From the human T2T-CHM13v2.0 reference genome, Homo sapiens, in the NCBI RefSeq assembly GCF_009914755.1, contig NC_060945.1: a DNA stretch of 64,000 nucleotides; one strand, written 5' to 3'. Position numbers and translations under genes: made by a program. Every line of letters begins with the position of its first letter. The stretch's first letter is position 1. The notes under the pieces are model-generated. The model saw only the letters and a program-made list of their open reading frames with translations. It had not been told where the DNA came from and did not search any database. This document shows positions 34,362 through 50,139 of this stretch, one piece after another.

Positions 34362-35369
34362 GAACCTATTTTAAATAATACTCATTTACAATGATAAATC
34401 CATCATACTATTAAAATATTCTAAGGTGGCTATGAATTATTAATGATGAGATGATAATGATACTAAGAAGCAAATGAAATTATGGAGTCTTTTATGATAA
34501 ATACTTTGTCAGTGTCATTTTGCTGCATTTAAGATGCTCAGCAGTTAATTGGTCTGGTCAGAACACTGGCTGTCCCAGTTTATTGTCTAAACTAAATTAC
34601 CTTTTGTTCACTGATGAAATACTATTGGAAATATTTTACGTGCAAGCCTGCATGTTGAGCAAAGAATCTAAATGTTAATACATGGTTCATACTTTCTAGA
34701 ACCTTTAAAATATATTAGAGGATTTAAGACATCCATATAAGCAATCACTTCAGCAGTATGTGAGTGGGATAAATTCCTGGAGAGTATTATAGATGCACAA
34801 CAGACCTCACTTATGGTTGGTTGGTGTAGACTGGGGAAGATATGAGGAATTAAATGTCTGTGGAAGAGGTCACAGTTGAGTTGAGAGTTGAAGATGAATA
34901 GGGTCACCACAAGTGGAAGTGAGAATAGTTCAGGTTTTGATAACAATGAGAATGAAATTTCAATGGCAGATAAGGACAGGAATGCTTGGAATGCAGAATT
35001 TTCTTTTTCTGTTTTTAGTAGACATTCATTTAAAATTTTGAACAGGAAGCAACATTATCAGAGATTTCATTTGTGCATTCATTCCTTCAACAGCCGTTTA
35101 TTATATGCCTCCTACATACTAGGAATATTGCCAGATGCTGGAATTAAAAAGATGTATAGAGACTTGGAGAGTTTTTTAAATTGAGATGAGATTCACATAA
35201 TACAAAATGTACAGTTCAGAGGCTGTCTTAGTCTGCTTGGACTACCATAACAAAATAGCATAGACCGGGCAGCTTGAACAGTGGGAATTTTATCTCTCAC
35301 CGTTCTGGAGGCTGGAAGTCCAAGATCACGGTGTGCAGATTTGGTTCCCAGTGAGGGCCCTCTTCGTAG

Positions 35370-35778
<409 letters not shown>

Positions 35779-35805
35779 GTCCCTGTCTTTTTATAAGGAT
35801 ATTAA

Positions 35806-36143
<338 letters not shown>

Positions 36144-36544
36144 AGCTAATCTAATCTTAACCTTCCAGAGGCTCCATCTCCAAATATCACATTAGGGTAA
36201 TTAGGGCTTAAACATATGGATTTTGGTGAGGCGACACAAACATTCAGTTCCTAACAATGACATTTAGTGCATTCACAGTGCCTTGCAGCCACAACCTCTC
36301 TTGTCCCAAGATACTTTCCTCACCTCACAACAAAACTCCATATCCATCACTCCCTCCAGCCCCTGGCAACCACCAATCTGCTTTCTGATTCTTGGGATTT
36401 ACCTGTTGTGGATATTTCATATAAATGGAATCATATATGACTGTTTATGACTGACATCTTTCACTTGGCACAATATTTTTGAGATTCATCCACCTTGCAG
36501 CATGTATCATTACATCATCCCTTTCTGTGGGAGGGGGACTTTGA

Positions 36545-36846
<302 letters not shown>

Positions 36847-37841
36847 AGGACTTTGAATTTTAAGATATCAGAGTAGAGGATACCATCTCCTCTGAAATCA
36901 CCAAAGGTGAGCAAGAAAACCAAAACATACTTGCCCGCTTTCATCTCTAATCGCTGACTACAGTACGTGAAGGAAGTCTGTCTAAAGCAGTGAAGTCCAA
37001 ACAGGAATGTGGGAAGAAGCCAAAGATGGATGCTCACAGCTGCAGATCTCAAGGCAGAGTGAGAAGCAATGGTTCTTAGATGTGGACCAGGGACTGGCAT
37101 GCTGCACAGGGTGGCAATGAGTGCTCCCCTGGCCGGCGTTGGTACCAAGGAGGATTGCGTGAGGCCAACACAGAAATGAAATAGACACTGCTGAGGACAG
37201 TAAGGGACAAGGATGATGGGATTGTAGAAAATGAAGAAATAAAATGGACATAAAGTATTAGAAAAAAAAGGATAGAACTGAGTAATCATTCTAAATTTAT
37301 AATTGATGTGTTAAAGAAGGAAACTGAATAATGGGTTAGAAAAAATTGTTGACTGACTGTGATCTCCATAGGGATCAGGGCACAGCTTGTTCTTCAGTGT
37401 GAAAAGCCGAATGCTCACCTTTCACTCTGCTTTGAGAAATCTTGTTAGAATAGAGGACTCATCAGCACGGTTACAAGGCAAAGGGAAGGAGGGAGAGAGA
37501 CAGAGACTCATGGTCCAGAAGAGAGGGGGTTAATTCCTAGGGCAAGCTCATGGGAAGAAGGGAAAGGATGGAGTAACAGGGAAGGAAAGGAGTCTGGATG
37601 GTGATGTAGAACTGCTAGATAAGGATCTTTTAGAAACAGTGTTTGGCGTGGAGGAGAAGATATAAACAGAGAGGTTAGGCAAAGGGGGTTTTCGTTGTGC
37701 TCATTAACAAGGACACAGAAGCTTAGGGAGTTCTGGGTTTGGGTTTGTACTACAAATTTCAAATACATTGGTGAGTTTTCCTTTGAAAAGAGTCCGTTGA
37801 AAATCTTGAGTTTTCATAGTTGCTGTGTTCCTTGTCTGAAG

Positions 37842-38104
37842 TAACGTTTGAAGATAAGAAGCGGGAGAACTTTGAACGTGGCAACCTGGAACTGGAGAAA
37901 CGAAGGCAAGCTCTCCTGGAACAGCAGCGCAAGGAGCAGGAGCGCCTGGCCCAGCTGGAGCGGGCGGAGCAGGAGAGGAAGGAGCGTGAGCGCCAGGAGC
38001 AAGAGCGCAAAAGACAACTGGAACTGGAGAAGCAACTGGAAAAGCAGCGGGAGCTAGAACGGCAGAGAGAGGAGGAGAGGAGGAAAGAAATTGAGAGGCG
38101 AGAG
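37842..38104 (+). CDS. ITSN1: ITSN1 coding exon (probably exon 12; 263 nt, phase 1 to 0), coiled coil
   Basis: cttgtctgaag|TA ACG TTT GAA ... CGA GAG|gtaagc; encodes (V)[22 protein letters not shown]...KEIERRE. Confidence 0.96.
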
Positions 38105-38194
38105 GTAAGCAGGCGAGAGTGGAGCCACCCGGAGTTAGTGTGCGATCACCCCTTTTCAGAATTATCCAAGTGATCTATTCACGCCATCTTTGTC

Positions 38195-38610
38195 TTTTTA
38201 CAATTCAGTAGTTTTAGTATATTCCCAAAGTTGTGCAACCATCGTCCCTAATTCCAGAACATTTTCATCACTCCAGCTCTTTACCCATTAAGCAGCTACT
38301 CCCCATTTCTTTCTCCCTCCAGCTCCTATCATTAATTTTACTTTCTATCTTTCTAGATTTACTTATTCAGGACATTTTTTATAAATGGAATCATCAATAT
38401 ATGGACTTTTGTTTCTGGCTTTCATTTAGCATAATGTTTTCAAGGTTCATCCACATTGTAAAATGAATCAGTCCTTTATTCCTGTTTATGGCTGAGTAAT
38501 ATTTCGTTATATGGGTATACCACATTTTTTAATTCATTCAGCAGTTGATGGTCATTGTGGCTATTATAAACAATGATGTTATGAACATTAATGTACAAGT
38601 TTTTGATGAT
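38195..38610 (-). mobile_element. L1M 3'-end fragment
   Basis: aagttgtgcaaccatc...ttccagaacattttcatcactcc...ataaatggaatcat...ttcaaggttcatccacattgta. Confidence 0.8.
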
Positions 38611-38749
38611 ACAATTTTGTAACAAACCACTGATACCAGTAAAGTGTTTTTCCAGACTGTTTTCTCTGTATACACCTATATAAAAATATAAAGGTTTATA
38701 TGGCGGAGAGTGTAAGGGCTGTATAATTTTTTAAAAACCACTGTAATAG

Positions 38750-39104
<355 letters not shown>

Positions 39105-39302
39105 TAAACTCTTTTAAAAATATGTCTGGGACATCCTCCCTATATTCTATGGAAGGCTTCGTAAATTTAGCGCCATACCTGGAAAGGGGCTAAGCAAATC
39201 TTGTCTCTCTTTCCAATTTTAGTACATTACTGCAGAAGCAACACATGGTTCTTTCATGTGAATGAAAGATAAAAATGAGGAATTTTTCGATGTAAAAAAA
39301 TA

Positions 39303-39440
39303 GCCTGAGTGCTGTGCCTCAAGCCTGTAATCCCAGCACTTTGGGAGGCTAAGGAGGGATGATCACTTGAGGCCAGTAGTTGGAGGCCACTGCATTCCAG
39401 CCTAGGTGACAGAGCAAGAACCTGTCTCAAAAAAAGAAAG
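39303..39440 (+). mobile_element. Monomeric or internally deleted Alu
   Basis: Alu 5' start joined to ccactgcattccagcct...tctcaaaaaa. Confidence 0.8.
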
Positions 39441-39461
39441 AAACAAAACTTATAGCCATAA

Positions 39462-39800
<339 letters not shown>

Positions 39801-40509
39801 TAATTTTCAGAATGAACAAAGATAGGCAAACTTTTCTTCAACGTACCAAAAAAATGATATTCTAGAGTATTTATTCAGAATTATTTAATAGACATTTACC
39901 ATGTATCAGGTGTAGTTGGATGACCCATGAGTCAGAGGCAATTCCCATAGACTGTCAGATGCTCTGATATGTACTCTATCTAGCAGTCGTCAGAGCCAGT
40001 CGTTGGAGGGAGCAAAAGCTTTTGTGGTAAAAAGGAAATGAATGATTAGGAAGTGGGGAGTCGCAGACTTTTAAAACGAGTTAAGTAATAATTTCTCTTT
40101 TGGTGGAGTAAAATCAACTCTTGTTTGTTTTTGTTCAGGGGTGTTTTAGTTTGATTTTACTACATAAATTTTCCTTCTTGGCGTGTCAGTAAATAAGAAG
40201 GAGCATTTTTAGTTAGCACATCAAGCATTCTTGAAGGCATAAAGAATGGAATTCTAATGGGGAAATAATCCTGTCATCTTACGTAAATATAGTATTATGT
40301 AAATATAATACCCAGTTCTGTGTATTCCCTTTATTCCCATAGAAGGAATACTGTATTTTTATGTAATTTTTTGTTTTCTAATGTGATTTCTTGTAATGTT
40401 TAATATTTCATCCCTAAAAGGAAAGACTTCCTAGATGCCATTTTTGTGAAAAGACATTGTGTAGTGTAAGAACTGAAAAATTAGTAATTTGTCTCTGTAA
40501 ATGTCACAG

Positions 40510-40659
40510 GCTGCAAAACGGGAACTTGAAAGGCAACGACAACTTGAGTGGGAACGGAATCGAAGGCAAGAACTACTAAATCAAAGAAACAAAGAACAAG
40601 AGGACATAGTTGTACTGAAAGCAAAGAAAAAGACTTTGGAATTTGAATTAGAAGCTCTA
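40510..40659 (+). CDS. ITSN1: ITSN1 coding exon (probably exon 13; 150 nt, phase 0 to 0), coiled coil
   Basis: gtcacag|GCT GCA AAA ... GCT CTA|gtgagt; encodes [20 protein letters not shown]...TLEFELEAL. Confidence 0.97.
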
Positions 40660-40748
40660 GTGAGTGAAGTTTGGTTATACTTTGAAAATATACTAAGATG
40701 GAACCATTAAAAACAGTAATAATTTTTATTATCTTTCATTTGTTCAAG

Positions 40749-40889
40749 AATGATAAAAAGCATCAACTAGAAGGGAAACTTCAAGATATCAGATGTCGAT
40801 TGACCACCCAAAGGCAAGAAATTGAGAGCACAAACAAATCTAGAGAGTTGAGAATTGCCGAAATCACCCATCTACAGCAACAATTACAG
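40749..40889 (+). CDS. ITSN1: ITSN1 coding exon (probably exon 14; 141 nt, phase 0 to 0), coiled coil
   Basis: ttgttcaag|AAT GAT AAA ... TTA CAG|gtgagg; encodes [18 protein letters not shown]...HLQQQLQ; preceded by an 89-nt intron. Confidence 0.96.
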
Positions 40890-40944
40890 GTGAGGAAATA
40901 TGCCTCTTAAAAGCTATTATATTAAACTGGCATCCTTTTCTCTA

Positions 40945-41535
40945 ATTCATTTCATTTACTTACTTATTCAGTAAACATTAAGCAACTGTCTTGTACTAGG
41001 CACTGGGAAGCAAAAATGAAGTAGACAGGGTCCTTGTGTGAAAAGTAGCCTGTCAAGGAGACAAACTCAGCAAATATTTACTGAGCACTGCTTCGGGCCA
41101 GGTGCTTTTGCAGTTTCTGAGGCTACAGCAGGGACAGACACTCTGTCTTCTGGGAGCTTACCCTCTGTTTGCAGGAGGAACAGAGACTAACAAAATAAAG
41201 TGTGTACTGTATTAGAAGATGAAAAGTGCTATGGAGAGTGAGTAGGGAAGGGAATAGAGAGTCCTAGGGATAGGAAATGTTGTGATTTTAACTAAGGTAG
41301 CCAAGACAGGTCTTTCTGGATGGTGACATTTGAGCAGAGACTTGAAATTAATGACAGGCTAAGCCATGTGGGTATCTGGCAGAGCAAGATCTAGGCAGGG
41401 AAATAGTGCCAAAGTCCTGAGGTCGTAGCAGGACTCTGAGATGCCAGTTACAGCAAGGAGACTACTGGGTAGAGCAGGTGGGAGCTGGATCACACAGAAC
41501 CTGTAGTCCACCAACAGGACTTTGGCTTTACTGTG
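40945..41535 (-). mobile_element. L2 3' fragments
   Basis: cagcaaatatttactgagcactgc...ccaggtgc...ggtgacatttgagcagagacttgaa. Confidence 0.75.
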
Positions 41536-42049
41536 GTAATTACAATAAATAAGTACACTTAAGTATTTTAGGGGGTCATATGAGAGCTATATGTATACTA
41601 AATAGTTGGAGACATACAGAGCACTTTTAGTAGTTCTGTCTTCATTTTAAAGCCTATCCAAAGTTGTTATAATATCACCTGGTTTGGTATCAAGTGCTGA
41701 ACTACAGGGGCATCAAATTCATGTAAATATTGCCTGTGGATGATCATATTTGCCTGTGATTCCTTTATGTTAGGCTTTTTCTCAGCATGATGTTTTTGAG
41801 ATGTGTCCATGTTACTGAGTGAATGACTCTTTTGTTTCTTTTCATCACTGAGTAGTGTTTCCTTATGTGTCCATTCACCTATTGGTTGATATTCAGGTTC
41901 TTTCCAGTGTGGAACTTTTATGAATAAAACTGCAGTGAGCATTTATGTACAAGTCTTTATGTGGAAATGGTTTATTTCTCTTGGGTAAACTTTTAGGAAT
42001 GGAACTACTGTGTCATGTAAGTGTATATTTAACCCCATAAGAAACTGTC

Positions 42050-42345
42050 AGGCTGGGCACAGTGGGTCACACCTGTAAACCCAATACTTTGAGAGGGCAA
42101 GGTAAGAGGATTGCTTGAGCTCAGGAGTTTGAGACCAGCCTGGGAAACATAGCAAGACCCCATCTCTAAAAAAAAAAAAAAAAAACTTAAAAATTAGCTG
42201 GCATGGGGGCGTTCACCTGTAGTACCTGCCTGAGGCAGGAAGACCACTTGAGCCCACGATATCGAGGCTGCAGTGAGCTATGATTGAGCCACTGACTGCC
42301 TGGGCCACAGAATGAGACCCTGTTCAAAAAAAAAAAAAAAAAGAG
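42050..42345 (+). mobile_element. AluJ-like
   Basis: Alu dimer with a long middle A run. Confidence 0.88.
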
Positions 42346-44311
42346 AGAGAAAAGAGAAAGGAAAGAAAGAGAACTGACAAACTGCAAAGAGTTTGTACCA
42401 TTTTACATTCTGATCATTTAATTTGTATTTCCCTGAAGGCTAATGATGTTGGGAATCATCTTACATGTTTATTGGCGAGTATTTTTTACTGTGCATCTTC
42501 GTTGAAGTGTCTGAACAAATCTTTTGCCCATTTTTTATTGGGCTGTTTGTCTTACTATTTACTTGTAAAAGTTCTTTTTATATTCTTAACAAGTCCTTTG
42601 TCAGATACGTGTTTTGCAAATATTTTCTCCCAATCTGGCTTGGGTTTAATTTTTGTTAGTGGTATTTTTTAAAGGGCAGAAGTTTTAAATTTTGATGAAG
42701 TTCAGTTTACCATTTTTTTTCTTTTGGTGTTCATGCTTTTTATGTTCTATCTGAGAAATCTTTGACTACCCCATGACTGCAAATATTTTATTTTCTTCTA
42801 GAAGTTTTTGGGGCTTAAAAAAATAATTTTTACAAGTTTTTATAAATTGAAAAAAACTTAAAATTTTAAGTTTCATAGTTGTATCTTATATGTTTAGGTC
42901 TATGAGCTATTTCAAGTTGATTTTTGCAGATAGTATAAGGTAAAGGTTGAGGTTTATATTTTTACATACTGATACACAGTTGTTATAGCACCATTTATTA
43001 AAAACACTGGCTTTTTTCCCATTGAGTTACCTTGGTAGCTTGTTGAAAATCAGTTGAACATATTTGTAATGGTCTATTCTGGACTCTATTCTGTTCTTTT
43101 GATCTGTCTGTCCTTTACCAGTACCTCACCCTGTTGATACCTAATTTTTGAAGTCAAGTGATACGAATTCTCTGTTATTGTTCTTTTTAGAATTGTTTTT
43201 GGTTATTCCAGGTCCTTAACATTTCCATGTACATTTTAGAATCAGCTTATCAGTTTTTACAAAAATGCTTGGAATTTTGTTGGAATTCCATTGAATTTAT
43301 AAATCAATTTGGGAAGATTTGACATCTCAGCAATAGTAAATCTATGGCATAAATCTCTATTTTGGTAGTTATAAATTTCTCTCAGCAATGTTTTGTAGTT
43401 TGCAGTGTCCAAGTCTTGTAGATACTTTGTAAAGTTTATCCCTAAGTATTTTGTGGCTTTTGATGCTATTGTATATTGCATATTTTTATTTTAGTTTCCA
43501 GTTGTTTGGTGCCAGTATATGGAAATAGAATTTATTTTTGTATATTGACCTTATATCTGTGATTGCTTAACTAACTTCCTTTGTGTGTCTTACTTTGTTG
43601 ACCAGAACCTCCCATACTATATTGGATAGAAGTGGGAAGAGCCTTGTTCCCTCTCGATGAAGGAAAGCTCTCTCACCATAGAGTATAGTGTTAACCAGGG
43701 TTCTTGTAAACACCTTTTATCAGGTTGATGGACTTCTCCTTTTGCTGAGGGTTTTTATGATGAATGGGTGTTGAAATAGATCATATGTTTTTTCCCCGCA
43801 TCTATTGAGATAAGTATGTGTTTTTTCTTTCTTATTTTGTTAATATGATGAAGTACATGGTTGCCATTTGAATGTTAAATCAGCCTTCCATTCTTGGGAT
43901 AAACCACTCTTGGTCATGGTATATTACCCTTTATTAAAATATTTCACTACATTCCATTTCCCATTATTTTATTAAGGATCTTTTTAAATCTGTTGAATTC
44001 AATTCAACAGAGATATTGGTTTTTAGTGTTCTTCTAATATTCTTGTCTAGTTTTGATATCAGGGTAATGCTGGCCTCAGAAAATGAGTTGGAAAATATTC
44101 CTTCCTCCTCTATTTTCTAAAAGTGTTTGTGTTGAAATAGCATTTCTTCTTTAAATTTTGGTGGCATTCACCAGTGAAGGCCTCTGGGCCTGGAGCTTTC
44201 TTGAAGACTTAATTATAAAATTCATTATGCAGATATAGGGCTATTCTGATTTTCTTCTTCTCCTTGAATCTGTTTTGATTATCTGTCAATGAACTTGTTT
44301 ATATTATCTAA

Positions 44312-44658
<347 letters not shown>

Positions 44659-45612
44659 TATAATATTCTCTTATTGTATGTAAGTCTGTAGTATCTGTAG
44701 TGATGTCTCTTCTTTCTTTACTGATATTGGTAATTTGTGTCCTCTCACTCTGTCTCCGTGCTTCCTTCTCCTTTTCCTTCCTAACCCCTTCTTCTCTCCT
44801 TTCTCCTACTCTATCTCTCCTCCTTCTTCTTTTCTTGATCAGTCTATCTGGAGTTTGTTTATTTTTAAAAAATAAGTTCTTGGCTCTATTGATTTTTTTT
44901 TTTTTAGTAAGCCCTTGGCTTTATTGATTTTCTCTGTGGTATGTCTGTTTTCTGCTTTATTTTTGTTCTTTTTCTCTTGTTTCTTCCATTTACTTATTTG
45001 GGGTTTAATTTTCTTTTCTCAAGCTTCATAAGGAGGAAGTTTAGATAATTGATTTTGGACCTTTCATCATTTTTGATACAAACATTTTAAGCTTTAAATG
45101 TCCATCTAAACACTGACATTGCCATATCCCACAAATTTTTAATATGTTGCATTTTCATATTTATTCAATTCAAAATCTTTTTTAAATTTTCTTTGTAATT
45201 TCTTCTAATTCTTTCACCTTTATTGAGATTTATGGCTCAGCATATGCTCTGTCTTGGGGAATATTCTATGGGCGCTTGAAAAGAATGTGCATGCTGTTGT
45301 AATTAGGTAGAGTGTTCCCTAAATATCAGTTAGATCAAGTTGATTCATGGTGGTCTTCAAGTCTCCTGTGTCTTGACTGATTTTGTGACTACTTTTATTA
45401 GCTACTGAGAGTGGAACACTGAAATCCTGATCATTGTGGATTTGTATATCTTCCTTTCATTTCTGTTCAATTATTGTTTCATGTACTTTGAAGTCCTAAG
45501 AAACTCCTTATACATTTGAAATTTGAGATTTGTAAAGGAAAAAGTACCAGAAGTTGATTGCTGGAAATTATTTTAAAATATTACAAAATGCATGCACCTT
45601 TTTAAAGTATAT

Positions 45613-45868
<256 letters not shown>

Positions 45869-47241
45869 TAAGTGTATTTTTCTATGTGTTAACTCTCTTT
45901 ATGTGTCTTTTGTTAACTCTTGAGGTAAAGTTTCATAAAATATTCTCCTGGAAAATTTAGGGATGAAGGCCATGTGTTTATTAAACTAAGTATTATCACC
46001 TAATACTATATGACCAAGTACAATTTTTATTAAAGATTGATGTTTAGACTGTTCACTTATTGATAATATGATAAAAATCAAGATTCCCAAAAATGTAATG
46101 AAGTGAAAAATAAAACATTCTTTGAAGAAAGAAAAGTATGTAGTAGGTAATCAGATATTGGTTCCCTTTCTGTACAGGGATTAGCAGATACTTGCTTTGG
46201 AGATAAGTCAGATCTGATTTGTGTATTCTGTTTTATCAAGATTTTTTTTTCTGGTATGGATTATTCATAGGAGAAGATGCTTCTAAATTCTAGCTATTGA
46301 GTTAACTCTTTCTACCATTTAGACATGCATTACACAGAGATTTATTCCACATAAGCCAGTCTGTATCTAAAGGTGGTTATTCCAAAATGGACTGGTTTTT
46401 AGCTTCTGATGAAAAATTTTAATTAAGGCATTTTTAGTTTTTCAAACAAAAAGTCAATACATAGAGCTCATTTTTTATCAAGGTAAAAATAAAAGTCAAA
46501 TATTCTTTATTATAACCTAGGAAGGCTGCCATTTTACTGAAACATGCAGAAACTATACAGGATATTTTCGGCTAAATTTAAGCAGATACTGTTCTTGGCA
46601 AGTTAACCACAAAAATTCCAAACAGCCTGTGCAGTGTGGCTTAACTTTTTTCTTGTGTCAGTTAAAAAAATAGTTGCTTCAAAACTTTTGTGTACCTGTT
46701 TAAAATTCCATCCAGTGTGGTGGAAAAATATATACAGCAGCTAAGATTCTAGTTGTTAAAAATCTTTGATTTCTGTTTCTAACTTCAGGTATACGGTAAA
46801 CCTAAGTTCAGCCTTAGTAAGTATCAAAGTTCAGGATAGAGTAATAGGGTAGCTCCTATTTAGACCACTGAGTTAGTTTACAAACAGTAGGATCACTGCA
46901 TTTGCATTTGATCCCGGTGCCATTGGAAGATCATTGCTTCAATTTATCTCTGTGGAGTAGTACTTAATGTACATTTTTTGAAGCTTATAAATATCCGGTA
47001 AGTCAACAAAAATATAAGAAATATCAGGGAAGCTATAACTGTGTAGGGAAAAGCATTTGGCAAACAGAGTTAATTTCTTGGAAAGAAAGCAGGAGCCACA
47101 CCTAATTAATAATTAAATGCAGCTTCACCATGCAGGATTTGGGAAGAGTCTGAGAAAACTGACTTAAGCTCTGCCTGGATCTTAATGTAGATGTGGTAGC
47201 CTTCCCTGTCATTCATTACTATTTTCCTCCTTCCTTCCCAG

Positions 47242-47329
47242 GAATCTCAGCAAATGCTTGGAAGACTTATTCCAGAAAAACAGATACTCAATGACCAATT
47301 AAAACAAGTTCAGCAGAACAGTTTGCACA
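47242..47329 (+). CDS. ITSN1: ITSN1 coding exon (probably exon 15; 88 nt, phase 0 to 1)
   Basis: ccttcccag|GAA TCT CAG ... TTG CAC A|gtaggt; encodes [29 protein letters not shown]. Confidence 0.96.
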
Positions 47330-47359
47330 GTAGGTGTTTTATTTTTAAAGTTGACCTTT

Positions 47360-47659
47360 TCTTTATTCTTTCTTTTTTTGACATGGAGTCTCACTCTGTC
47401 CCCCAGGCTGGAGTGCAGTGGCGCAATCTCGGCCAACTGTAACCTCCGCCTCCCGGGTTCAAGATTCTCTTGCCTCAGCCTCCCAAGTAGCTGGGACTAC
47501 AGGTGCATGCCACCACAGCCAGCTAGTTTTTGTATTTTTAGTAGAGATGGGGTTTCACTATATTGGCCAGGCTGGTCTCGAACTCCTGACCCCAGGTGAT
47601 CCATCCACTTTGGTTCCCCAAAGTGCTGGGATTACAGGTGTAGGCCACCGCACCCAGCC
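47360..47659 (-). mobile_element. AluS filling most of a 445-nt intron
   Basis: Antisense Alu between exons 47242-47329 and 47775-47914. Confidence 0.93.
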
Positions 47660-47774
47660 TTTTCTTATTTTTTAACCAGCAAGAATTTCCTTAAGTGAAA
47701 TGAGAACATTAAAAAACATTTTCCTCACTGCAAATTAAAGTTTTTCTTATCTTTGCGACGTTTTTCTAAAATAG

Positions 47775-47914
47775 GAGATTCACTTGTTACACTTAAAAGA
47801 GCCTTAGAAGCAAAAGAACTAGCTCGGCAGCACCTACGAGACCAACTGGATGAAGTGGAGAAAGAAACTAGATCAAAACTACAGGAGATTGATATTTTCA
47901 ATAATCAGCTGAAG
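47775..47914 (+). CDS. ITSN1: ITSN1 coding exon (probably exon 16; 140 nt, phase 1 to 0)
   Basis: ctaaaatag|GA GAT TCA CTT ... CTG AAG|gtaact; encodes (R)[46 protein letters not shown]. Confidence 0.96.
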
Positions 47915-48524
47915 GTAACTCTTCTATGTGTGCCTGCATGTGTGTCCTACCTTTAATTTTTTTAACTGTCCAAATGATTAGTTGCTATTTAATCACAGGC
48001 AGAAAAATTTATTATGCCATTGTGAGACAATCTAAATTGCACTTTTCTCCTTGAAAATATAAGAATGAATTTGGCATCTATAAATTAGGGCTGAATGAGT
48101 GGCCCCAGCATGACATCTATTTTTAACCTGAATCATATTTTGACACATCTCCATTCTTTTGTCTGTTTATAGTCACATCAAGTTGATTCCAAAAGCTTTA
48201 TCTTTCTTATGTTCTTTGAATACTACTAAAAGGGATTGTTTTCTTTTTTAAAACTAAGAATTTTTCTGCCACTTCTTATCTTCATTGCGCTTAAATGTAG
48301 ATCTTTATTTTGTTACCTCATTTTTAAATCTTACTGTTTTAGTGGAGTAATTGCTTTTGTCTCTTGTGGCAGAAGTGGTGTATGGTTTTGTCACATTTGC
48401 ACAGTAAAATTGGGAAAATGCCAAAACTCTGAGGAAATGTAAAATGGTTAGATCACAGCCTTTTTCAGATTTGGTGTTTCTGATTTAACTTTACAACTGT
48501 ATCATCTTAAGAATGTTAATTCTT

Positions 48525-48828
<304 letters not shown>

Positions 48829-49972
48829 TTAAAATCAGAACACAAACAGTTTATTTCTTATAAACAATCATATACTACTTTAGATGTATGTAGATATTAG
48901 CATTTTTGTTATTCTTATAAGAAATTGGATGTTATACTTTTTTCCCCTCCAAATATTTGTTTTCCTTTTCTAACATAAAATTCTTTTTAAGCCAATTCAG
49001 CTTTTGACAGTGGGAAGAAGTAAAACTCCTATTCTATAATTCTAAAAACAAAATTAAAAATTAGCATATTTGAAACTTTTATAATAGTTGACCTTTGGAT
49101 TGAGATTCTAGGCCAAATTGTCTAGACATCTGAGTTTGAGGTATGTGTGCTGTTCTTTCAGAGTATTAGGTAATGATCTTTTCTCAATTGTACGATTCCA
49201 GGAAAGTGCTCTTAGGGGAAATATTATTTGAGCCAACTTAGTGTTTTTCTTCACTTTGCTTTCATGCTTACATGGTGTGTGTTTGTGTGTACACTATATA
49301 TGTTCTATATTCATGCATATATGATTATGTGTGGTATGTCAGTATTGGAAGTACAGCTGTAAATTAACCATCTCTAGAATAAGTGCAATTAGAAACAAAA
49401 AAACAAAAAAGAATAAGTTCAATTAAAGTATGCTCACATTAACTTTCATTGTCACTTGTCTCTTTTATAAGCAAAAAAAAAAAAAAAATAGCACTGTTGC
49501 AAAGCCTATGTTGCTTTTTAATAGTCTCTTGGGATATAAACTGTTAAATATTAAGCTCTCTTCTGAACCCAGGCAGTAGTCCAGATTTGTGCCTTCACAT
49601 TGATTCTTTTTCTAGAAATTTGACTCCCCTAAAAAAGGTTCAGGTATTAGAAAATGATACTCTAGTGAGAGGCTTTTGATAAATGTCTAGAAGATTAAAT
49701 AATTTTGGTGATTGAATTTCTGTTGCCATTACTAAAGAGAACACCCTTAATATGTGGCGAGTCACCCCTACTTTGTTTAATTGACTATGGCTGCTTTCAG
49801 TATCACAGAGTTTCTTACATAAAGGCCAATTTTAGCCCCCTTTTCCACTAGCCCTTTTTCCAAATATGCTTATTTTTAAATAAGAGTATTTCTTCTTGTT
49901 TTTTAATTTTAATTTTGGCTTTCTCTTATTAACTTTAATTAATATGATGAGTTTAAAAAAAATCACAGGTCA

Positions 49973-50088
49973 GGTCGGGTGTGGTGGCATGTGCCTGTAA
50001 TCCCAGCACTTTGGGAGGCAGGTGGATCACTTGAGCAAGTGGATCATTCGAGACTAGCCTGGGCAAAAGGGTGAAGCCCTGTCTCTAC

Positions 50089-50139
<51 letters not shown>

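Noticed and set aside
37759-38057. Antisense and alternate-frame ORFs over the coiled-coil exon (also 63141-63404)
   Set aside because: Shadows of E/K/R/Q codon bias in the real exon, with no independent support.
43257-43481. Reverse-transcriptase-like ORF
   Set aside because: A short remnant of a heavily degenerate antisense L1 ORF2, not a functional gene.
46789-46816. 28-nt microexon candidate (ttcag|...tta|gtaagt)
   Set aside because: Frameshifting, with a poor exonic donor context; such motif pairs are common by chance.
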